Assembly: GCA_032128115.1 (NCBI GenBank)
Contig: JAQBHB010000093.1
Coordinates: 32,001 to 96,000 of the forward strand
DNA length: 64,000 nucleotides
Source: Deltaproteobacteria bacterium
GTDB taxonomy: Bacteria > Myxococcota_A > UBA9160 > SMWR01
Direction of reading: 5' to 3'
Both the position numbers and the translations under genes were made by a program. Positions 56,752 to 64,000 of the stretch are shown one piece after another; within the stretch, counting starts at the first letter, position 1, and the number at the start of each line of letters is the position of its first letter. The notes below the pieces were generated by a model. That model saw nothing but the letters and a program-made list of their open reading frames with translations, had not been told where the DNA came from and ran no database searches.

Positions 56752-58917
56752 TCAGTGGGGTGTCTCCACCCAGGCGCGCCCCTCGCGATACATCGCCAGG
56801 CGTCCCTCGATTTCCGACGCGAGGTCGGCGCGCCCCACGGCCCTGGCGCGTTGCGATGCCTCCCGCGCCACGCGCACGGCCTCGTCGAAACGGCCCGCGG
56901 CCGCGCAGCCCGCCGCCAGGGTGTCGAGCAGGGCCGGGTGGGGCGCCGCATCCTGCGCCAGGGCGGCACGCGCGATCCGGATCGCCTCCTCGGGCTGCCG
57001 GATGTCGGCGGAGGGATGCGTGGCCAGCAGCCAGGCCAGGTTGTTTCCGGCGGTGCGAGACTCGGGCGCGAGCGCAAGCGCCGCGTAGAAGTGACGCACC
57101 GCGAGCTCCGGCTCGCCGGCAGCCAGGGACAGCTCGGCCAGGCTGATCTGGAGATCGGCTGACTGCACGCCGAGCGCGTCCGCGCGCGCAAGCTGCGGGC
57201 GCGCCTCCTCTGGGCGTTCCATCCGGATGAGCAGGAGACCCAGATTCGCCCGGGCTTCGCCCAGGGCCGGGTCGAGCGCGACGGCACGCCGGTAGTGATC
57301 CAGGGCCGCGTCGAGATCGCCCTGGTCGGTGAGCGCGCGCGCCAGCTGGGCGTGGATGCGCGGGCGGTTGACCTCGCGGGCCCGTTCGAGGGCGACGCGC
57401 AGCTGGCGCGCGGCGCGATTGGGGTGGCCGGTTTCCAGCAGCGCCATGCCCAGCTGAACGCGTGCGCGCGCATTCTTGGGGGCCAATTCCACGGCCTTCT
57501 CGAAGTGGCGCAGGGCGCCCGCGAGATCTCCCTGCTTTTCCAGCACCTCTCCCAGACCCAGCTCCGCGGCGGGCCAGCGCGGCTTCATCCGCGCCGCTTC
57601 GGCGTAGTGGTGCCCGGCTTCTTCGGTGCGGCCCTGCAACAGCAACAGACCCGCGAGCCCGTGGTGGGCCACGAAATTGTCGTCGGTGACGGCCAGTGCC
57701 CGCTGGAACAGGGCCTCGGTGTCGCGCCAGTGTGCGAGCTGACGCGAGCTGACGAGGGCGAGCACCAGCATCGAGGCCACTCCGGCCGCGGACAAGGCGT
57801 TGCGACCGAAGCGGCGACCTCGCAGCAGGTCGCGGGCACCCCACGCCACCGCCAGGCTCGCTCCGATCAACGGCAGGTACATGTAGCGGTCGGCGCGGGC
57901 TTGCATTCCCACCTGGATCAGACCGATCACGGGAACGAGGGTTCCCAGCATCCAGAGCCAGCCCACGATCCACCAGGGTCGCGAGGCGGCCGCGCGGATC
58001 GCGGCGGCGGTGGCGCCCGCCAGGAGCACGCCGGCGCCGAGGCTTTGCGTCAGGGGGAGGCTGCGCAGCGGATGCGGATAGAACACCGCGAGCCCGCTGG
58101 GCCAGAAGCTCTTCAGCGCATACCAGACATAGGAGTGGAGGGCGTTCTGGAGACGGGGCCCCAGGGGCAGGGCGGGTTCCGGGGCCATGGCGCCGGTTTC
58201 GCGCTGCACCTGGAAGGTCACGAAGCAGACCGCGGCCGCGATTGCGAACAGGGGGATCTTCTCGACCACGGCGCGTCCCAGGCGACGCGGGTCGGGAGCC
58301 GCCCGCTGTGTGCCGTTTCCCAGCCTTGCCAGGGGCCAGTAGTCCAGCAATAGCAACACGAACGGAAGCGTCACCAGCATCGGTTTGGCCAGGAGACCCA
58401 GGAGCATCGCTACGGCCACCAGCAGGTAGCGGCCGAGCGATTCCGGCCGCCGGGTCCAGCTCACGTAGGCGTGCAGCGCGAGCATGAAGAACACCGCGCT
58501 CAGCACGTCCTTGCGTTCCGAGGCCCAGGCCACGGATTCCACGTGCAGTGGGTGCAGGGCGAAGACGGCGGCGGCGAAGGCGCTGGGCCCCAGGGCGCCG
58601 GTCATGCGCACGAGGACCGACAACAACAGCCATGTGCTGAGGATGTGGAGGGCGAAATTCGTGAGGTGATAGCCTGCGGGCTCGAGTTCGTGGAGGGCGT
58701 AGTCGAGCTGGAGGGAGATCCAGGTGAGGGGAATCCAGTTGGTCTCGTAGGGCGTGGTGAAGGCGCGCACGACACCAGAAAGACCTGCGGAAAGGTTCGG
58801 GTTCTCCAGGATGTAGACCCGGTCGTCGTAGTTGACGAAGTCGTGATTGCGAACCGGGAGGTAGACTGCACCCGTCACGGCCACGAGCAGCAACGACACG
58901 AGTGCCTGGCGACGCAT
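56752..58917 (-). CDS. TMTC-like GT-C membrane glycosyltransferase with C-terminal TPRs
   Basis: NYDD, HPLHVESVAWASERKDVL, ADRYMYLP, multiple TM helices and TPR repeats. Confidence 0.85.
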   Translation of the reverse strand: MRRQALVSLLLVAVTGAVYLPVRNHDFVNYDDRVYILENPNLSAGLSGVVRAFTTPYETNWIPLTWISLQLDYALHELEPAGYHLTNFALHILSTWLLLSVLVRMTGALGPSAFAAAVFALHPLHVESVAWASERKDVLSAVFFMLALHAYVSWTRRPESLGRYLLVAVAMLLGLLAKPMLVTLPFVLLLLDYWPLARLGNGTQRAAPDPRRLGRAVVEKIPLFAIAAAVCFVTFQVQRETGAMAPEPALPLGPRLQNALHSYVWYALKSFWPSGLAVFYPHPLRSLPLTQSLGAGVLLAGATAAAIRAAASRPWWIVGWLWMLGTLVPVIGLIQVGMQARADRYMYLPLIGASLAVAWGARDLLRGRRFGRNALSAAGVASMLVLALVSSRQLAHWRDTEALFQRALAVTDDNFVAHHGLAGLLLLQGRTEEAGHHYAEAARMKPRWPAAELGLGEVLEKQGDLAGALRHFEKAVELAPKNARARVQLGMALLETGHPNRAARQLRVALERAREVNRPRIHAQLARALTDQGDLDAALDHYRRAVALDPALGEARANLGLLLIRMERPEEARPQLARADALGVQSADLQISLAELSLAAGEPELAVRHFYAALALAPESRTAGNNLAWLLATHPSADIRQPEEAIRIARAALAQDAAPHPALLDTLAAGCAAAGRFDEAVRVAREASQRARAVGRADLASEIEGRLAMYREGRAWVETPH

Positions 58918-58926
58918 CGAGGCGGC

Positions 58927-60414
58927 CTAGTCCGACCGGGTGGGCTCGCCCTCGCCAGGCTGTGCCGTGTCGGAGGTTCCCGGTTCCGGAGCGTCCACGT
59001 ATCCCAGGGCCTGCAGGGCATCGAGATCGTCGGAGGAGAGCTGTTGGGGAGTCTCGTCCCGCAGCTCCAGGCCCTTGCGCAGGATCATCAGGCGCTTGCG
59101 CAACGAGGAGGCGATCTCGGGAGCCGGGGCTACCAGATTCACCGTCTCCTTCCCCCTTCGGAAGAGCTGGCCGTGTCCCACGGTGCCTTCCAGGGAGACG
59201 ATGAACTTGTAGTCCCCGTCCACTACGGCGAATCGACGCACGGCGCCCGCGCCCAGCGTCGCCATGTACGGGACGCTGTTCTCCGCATCGGCGCCCAGCG
59301 CCAGCACGTCCCGACCGCGGGGCGACCCCTCGGGCATCACGCCCAACAGGGAAAGCACCGTGGGGTAGAGGTCCACGGCCGACACCAGGTCGTCGCGCCG
59401 CGCGGGACGCAGCTCCGGGGAGCGCACCATCAGGGGGACCCGCACGAAGGCATCCATCAGGTGCTCGCCGTGGGAGAACCAGTAGTCGCCCTCGCCCAGG
59501 GCTTCGCCGTGATCGGCCGAGAACACCACGAGGGCGTTGCGGTCGAGCCCGCGCTCACGCAGGCCGTCGAGCAGGCGCCCGACCTCCCGATCCATATAGG
59601 CCACCTCGGCGGCGTAGCCCGCGCGGTAGAAGGCGATCTCATGCTGGCCGTCCAGATACTGGTATCGGGGGATGGCGCCACGCCCGCTGTCCCCCGTCCC
59701 CTGCAGGGGGAGGCGTCGCAGGCCGCCCTCGACCCCGCGCTCGCGCGCAAGCTGAGAGTCGCGGGAGCCCGCCGGCGGGGTGTATGGCCCGTGCGGATCC
59801 TGGTAGTGCACCCAGACGAAGCAGGGCGTCGCCCGGCCATCGGTGCAGGCATCCAGCGTACCCAGGAAGGCGTCGGTCGTGTCGACCGCGACGCGTTCCG
59901 GCCAGCGGCGCACCGCTTCACGTTGGGGGAAGTCGTCGTCGTAGACGTCGAATCCGGCCGCGAGTCCCGACGAGGCCCGCAGTACGAAGTTGCTGACGAC
60001 CGCGGCGGTTCGCCAGCCGTGTTGCCGCAGGCTGGCCGCCAGCGAGGGCACGTCTGCCGGAACCGCCGACTCGTTGTTGATGAGACCCAACTCTTCGGGA
60101 TAACGCCCGGTGAGCAGAGCGCTGATGGAGGGGAGGGTGAGCGACGTGGCGGAGTATGCGGCTGTGAAGACGACGCTCTCGTCCGCCAGGGCGTCCAGAT
60201 TCGGCGTCAGACCGCGGTCGCTTCCGTAGGCGCCCAGGTAGTCGGCGCGCAGGGTATCCACCGTGATCAGGACGAACAGGCGAGGCGCGGGCGGACTGCA
60301 GCCCGTCCCCGCGGCGGTCAGGGTGATGGCCGGAAACACGGCGACGAGAAGGGTCGCGACCACCCGCGCCAACGCGACCAGGGCCGGCTTCCGGGGGGTC
60401 CGCGGGCGCCTCAT
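58927..60414 (-). CDS. Sulfatase/alkaline-phosphatase superfamily protein (probably exported)
   Basis: LITVDTLRAD, TPNLDALA, TLPSISALLTG, WVHYQDPHGPY, SADHGE. Start uncertain. Confidence 0.85.
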   Translation of the reverse strand: MRRPRTPRKPALVALARVVATLLVAVFPAITLTAAGTGCSPPAPRLFVLITVDTLRADYLGAYGSDRGLTPNLDALADESVVFTAAYSATSLTLPSISALLTGRYPEELGLINNESAVPADVPSLAASLRQHGWRTAAVVSNFVLRASSGLAAGFDVYDDDFPQREAVRRWPERVAVDTTDAFLGTLDACTDGRATPCFVWVHYQDPHGPYTPPAGSRDSQLARERGVEGGLRRLPLQGTGDSGRGAIPRYQYLDGQHEIAFYRAGYAAEVAYMDREVGRLLDGLRERGLDRNALVVFSADHGEALGEGDYWFSHGEHLMDAFVRVPLMVRSPELRPARRDDLVSAVDLYPTVLSLLGVMPEGSPRGRDVLALGADAENSVPYMATLGAGAVRRFAVVDGDYKFIVSLEGTVGHGQLFRRGKETVNLVAPAPEIASSLRKRLMILRKGLELRDETPQQLSSDDLDALQALGYVDAPEPGTSDTAQPGEGEPTRSD

Positions 60415-60557
60415 GGAGATCGGAAACGTAGCACGCCGCCGGCCCGGGGCGGCTGTGGGGCTGCCCGCATTGCCCGCTGCGCGGGCGTGTGCGATGGTGG
60501 TCTGCCGCCGAATCCCACCATGTTTCTTCGCACCTCGCGCCATCCGGAACCCGCCCG

Positions 60558-62180
60558 ATGACGGACCCGATCGGCGCCCTGCCTCGCGGCGCGCTCACCG
60601 CCGTCCTGGTCGCTGCCAGCGTGCTCTTCGTCGCGTTGCGAGCGCCCTACTGGTCGGTTCCCCTGGAGCGCGACGAGGGCGAGTACGCCTACGTGGCACA
60701 GCGCATGCTGCAGGGCGAGGTTCCGTACCGCGACGCTTTCGACCAGAAGCCGCCTGGCGTTTTCCTGGTCTACGCCGCGGCGTTCGTCGCGTTCGGCGAG
60801 TCGATCGAATCCATCCATGGAATGATGCACCTCTTCAGTGCGGCCACCGCCCTGGTGTTGTGGTTGCTGGTGCGTCGCCTGGCGGGAGACGCCGCTAGCG
60901 CCTTTTCGGTACTGGCTTTCGCCGTGATGTCCACCGACTCGCGGATCGTGGCCACGGCGGCCAACACCGAGATCTTCATGCTGTTGCCCCTCTCGCTCTG
61001 CATGCTTGCACTGGTGCGAGCGCTGGAGGACGGTCGGGCGCGCTGGTGGCTGGCGTGCGGTGCGTTCGCGCTGGGCGCGTGCTGGATCAAGCAGGTGGCG
61101 GCGGTCAACACGGTGTTCGTGGGCCTGTTCGCGGTGGGAAGTCTGGTCCGGCGGCGAGCCGGGGCCAGGCGTGTGCTTCGCGCGGTCGCTCTCATGCTGG
61201 CCGGCGGTGCTGTGGTCTCACTGCCGCTCGCGGCGTACTTCGCGTGGCATGGAGCCTGGGCGGAGTTCGTGGATGCGGTATTCCTGCACAATCTGGCGTA
61301 CAGCCAACGCATGTCGTGGGCGGCCGGATGTCGCAACGCCTGGATCGCCCTGGGACACCAGGCCCCGAGCCTTGCCGTCTTCTGGATCCTGACGCTCGCG
61401 GCGATCGTCTGGCCGCGCGCGGCGCCGCGCGAGATCCGGATCCTGCTGGCGGGGTGGACCGTGGCCTCCCTGCTGGGGGTGTCGATCGGGCTGTATTTCC
61501 GGCCCCATTACTTCATCCAGATGCTGCCGCCGCTGGCCGCCGCCGCGGGCGTGGCGGCCGGGGCAGTGGTGGGGGCCCTTCCGGCCCAACGGGCCCTGGT
61601 GCGAGGCGCGGTCGTGGCGGCTGCGATCGGAGTGCTTGGCGCGCCCGCCGTGGTGGCCAACTGGGCAACCCTGACTGCCGGGTCCCCCAACGCCGTGTCG
61701 CGCAGGATCTACGGACTGAACCCCTTCCCCGAGTCCCTGGAGATCGCCAAGTACATCCGGCGCACCAGTTCCCCGGACGATTCGATCTACGTGATGGGAT
61801 CCGAGCCCCAGATCTTCTTCTACGCCGAGCGCCGGAGCGCTACCCGTTACATCTTCTTCTATCCGTTGATGGGGGCATTTCCCGACGCGGGCCAGCGACA
61901 GCGGGAATTGATTCGCGAGGTCCAGGCCGCGAATCCACGCTATGTGGTGGTTGCCAACCTTTCCACGTCGCTGATGGCGAACTCCAACACGGATCCCTAC
62001 GTGTTCGACGAGACGAGGCGCTGGCTCGCGCGCCACTACCGGCTCGAATTCGTGGCGATTCCCCAGGCCGGGAAACGCGAATTCGATTTCATCTACGGGA
62101 GCGGCGCTCGCGCAGCCATGGGCGATTCGGACGCTCGAGCGGCGCCCCGGGCCTGGGTCGCGGTCTTCCGGCGCTCCTGA
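60558..62180 (+). CDS. ArnT/PMT-like (GT-C) membrane glycosyltransferase
   Basis: ERDEGEYAY, PYRDAFDQKPPG, NTE, IKQ, many TM helices. Confidence 0.82.
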   Translation: MTDPIGALPRGALTAVLVAASVLFVALRAPYWSVPLERDEGEYAYVAQRMLQGEVPYRDAFDQKPPGVFLVYAAAFVAFGESIESIHGMMHLFSAATALVLWLLVRRLAGDAASAFSVLAFAVMSTDSRIVATAANTEIFMLLPLSLCMLALVRALEDGRARWWLACGAFALGACWIKQVAAVNTVFVGLFAVGSLVRRRAGARRVLRAVALMLAGGAVVSLPLAAYFAWHGAWAEFVDAVFLHNLAYSQRMSWAAGCRNAWIALGHQAPSLAVFWILTLAAIVWPRAAPREIRILLAGWTVASLLGVSIGLYFRPHYFIQMLPPLAAAAGVAAGAVVGALPAQRALVRGAVVAAAIGVLGAPAVVANWATLTAGSPNAVSRRIYGLNPFPESLEIAKYIRRTSSPDDSIYVMGSEPQIFFYAERRSATRYIFFYPLMGAFPDAGQRQRELIREVQAANPRYVVVANLSTSLMANSNTDPYVFDETRRWLARHYRLEFVAIPQAGKREFDFIYGSGARAAMGDSDARAAPRAWVAVFRRS

Positions 62181-62266
62181 GGATCCGCGGCCGGTATGCG
62201 ATAAGCTCGGCACGGCAGTTTCACGGCCCCCCGTTTGCGGACGGGCCCGCCACAGGAGGGATTCCA

Positions 62267-63049
62267 ATGAACCGCATCACTTCGGGACTTCTCGTCGTGT
62301 CCATGGCGCTCCTCGCCAGCGCCTGCGTGGTGATCGAGGATGGCGAGGTCGGTGTATCCAAGAGCTTCGGATCCATCCGCGACGAGCCGGTGGGTCAGGG
62401 CATCGTGATCCAGGTGCCGGTGATCCGGACCGTGGAAACCTGGGACGTCAAGCTTCAGGAGCTGAAGGAGACGGCGCAGGTGCCGTCGTCCGAGGGCCTC
62501 ATCGTCGGCCTGGATACCTCCATGTTGTTCCAGGTGCAGCCCGAAATGGCGCCGAGTATCCGCAAGACGGTGGGGTGGAACTACGTGAACACCCTGATCG
62601 TGCCCTATTTCCGCAACGCCGTGCGCGACGTGGTGAGTGGATATCCGGTGCGGAACATCTACGGCGAGGAGGGCCGCAAGGAGATCGCCCGCAAGGTGCG
62701 TGAGTTCCTGATCGAGAACCTGGAGCCCCGCGGCATCATCGTGGTGGACGTGCTCCTGCGCGACGTGAAGCTCCCGGAGAAGTTCAAGGATTCGATCGAG
62801 GCCAAGCTGACCGCCCAGCAAGTGGTGGCCCAGAAGCAGTTCGAGCTCGAGCAGGCCAAGAAGGACGCCGAGATCGAGGTGGCCCGGGCGAAGGGCGCCG
62901 CCGAGGCCCAGGAAATCGTGCGCTCGACCCTGAGCGACTCGTATCTGCAGTACCTGTGGATCAAGACCCTGAACGAGAATCCCAACGTGATCTACGTGGC
63001 CACCGAGGCCAACATGCCGATCTTCAAGAATGCGGCCGGGAGACGCTGA
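62267..63049 (+). CDS. SPFH/prohibitin (band 7) family protein
   Basis: Lipobox-like ASAC, GEVGV, SSEGL, VLLRDV.LP...SIEAK, coiled-coil AKGAAEAQ. Confidence 0.9.
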   Translation: MNRITSGLLVVSMALLASACVVIEDGEVGVSKSFGSIRDEPVGQGIVIQVPVIRTVETWDVKLQELKETAQVPSSEGLIVGLDTSMLFQVQPEMAPSIRKTVGWNYVNTLIVPYFRNAVRDVVSGYPVRNIYGEEGRKEIARKVREFLIENLEPRGIIVVDVLLRDVKLPEKFKDSIEAKLTAQQVVAQKQFELEQAKKDAEIEVARAKGAAEAQEIVRSTLSDSYLQYLWIKTLNENPNVIYVATEANMPIFKNAAGRR

Positions 63050-63052
63050 GCT

Positions 63053-64000
63053 TCAACGCCGGCGCATGCGATAGACGACGCGTTCCGACCCGACCAGGGG
63101 TGTGGCGTCCTCCAGCGTGAAGCGCGTCGCGAACGCGGCCTCGAAGCCATTGCGGCTGTAGTCGGGAAACACGTCCTCGCGGGTCGCCAGCATGGTCTGG
63201 ACCCTGGGATCGCTCTTGGGCACGAACTCGACGATCAGACCCTCGGCCAGATCGGCGAAAAAACTGGCCACCTGGGGCAGGGGCACGTTGTTTCCGATGG
63301 CCAGGTGGTGCACCAGGGCCAGGGCCAGCAGCGCGTCGGCGCTCGCGCGATCCGCGAGCGAGGCGCGCTCCGCGTGGGCCCAGCCCAGCGCCGGACTGGG
63401 GTTGGTGAGATCCAGGACCAGCGGCAGCAGCTTCGACTCGCCGGTGTCGCGAGCGCGCCGGTAGCTGCGGTCGATGCAGGCCGGATCCTTGTCAAAGGAA
63501 ATGGTCTGGATGCCGCGCTCGGAGGCGATTCGACTGAACTCGCCGGTGTTTGCGCCCAGGTCCCAGACCCGGCCCGGCGCCAGCGTGTCCAGGTGCTGGG
63601 ACACGAGTCGTTGCTTGTGCTCGTGGGATGCCGGGGCGTAGCTGACACCCGCTGCGTAGTCGGCCCACTCGGTGCCGTCTGCGCGCCAACGGAGCCTCTT
63701 CACCGCAGACTCGAGCGCGCGGATCAGGTTTGCGTGGGCGGACTTCGAGAGCGGGCGCACCTTGGCGGCGGCGTCCGTGTCGGACCGGTAGCGCTGCTGG
63801 TATCCCGCGTGCATCCGGATGTGAAGGAACAGGTGCACGTTCAGCCAGGCCCGGGCTGGAAGCAGGCTTCGCGCCAGGTCGAGCGGGATTCCGTCCAGGT
63901 GGACGCGCAGCAGGCTCGAGAGTCTCACGTCCCGATACGCCATGAGCGCCAGGGGCGCCAGGAAGTGCTGGCAGAACTGCCGGTACCCGACCCACGGAGA
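63053..64000 (-). CDS. SAM-dependent methyltransferase, NoeA-like (3' part; starts beyond the window)
   Basis: WVGYRQFCQHFLAPL, VWDLGANTGEFS, PSPALGW, LALVHHLAIGNNVP, VEFVPKSD. Confidence 0.8.
   Translation of the reverse strand, partial: SPWVGYRQFCQHFLAPLALMAYRDVRLSSLLRVHLDGIPLDLARSLLPARAWLNVHLFLHIRMHAGYQQRYRSDTDAAAKVRPLSKSAHANLIRALESAVKRLRWRADGTEWADYAAGVSYAPASHEHKQRLVSQHLDTLAPGRVWDLGANTGEFSRIASERGIQTISFDKDPACIDRSYRRARDTGESKLLPLVLDLTNPSPALGWAHAERASLADRASADALLALALVHHLAIGNNVPLPQVASFFADLAEGLIVEFVPKSDPRVQTMLATREDVFPDYSRNGFEAAFATRFTLEDATPLVGSERVVYRMRRR

Overview
High-GC, gene-dense chromosomal segment from a Gram-negative bacterium (lptD, lapA/lapB, amiC). Gene content and order suggest a Myxococcota/deltaproteobacteria-like organism, which is my inference only. 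The core backbone is trpEGDCFBA, coaE, pheA-hisC-tyrA-rpsA-ihfB-lapA-lapB-mutS-amiC-glnD-xerD-cca-scpA-scpB-rluB, plus queG, dcd, ccdA-tlpA-crp-lptD and pyk. It is flanked by accessory metabolic and envelope genes. I found no rRNA, tRNA, CRISPR array, IS or prophage. Top observations: (1) a 42-aa minus-strand ORF absent from the ORF track (11210-11338) that looks like a PqqA-type RiPP precursor (YxxPxF...CEITAY), with its own -10 box, directly behind a sulfotransferase and with no pqqB-E in the window; (2) a ~1277-aa four-domain fusion, FGGY kinase + D-2-hydroxyacid dehydrogenase + SCP2 + class II aldolase (3811-7645), hidden by a one-base frameshift in a homopolymer; (3) a second homopolymer frameshift in rluB, suggesting assembly indels; (4) recurrent 11-23 bp tandem duplications at or just after gene ends. 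All calls come from reading motifs by eye; no database searches were run.
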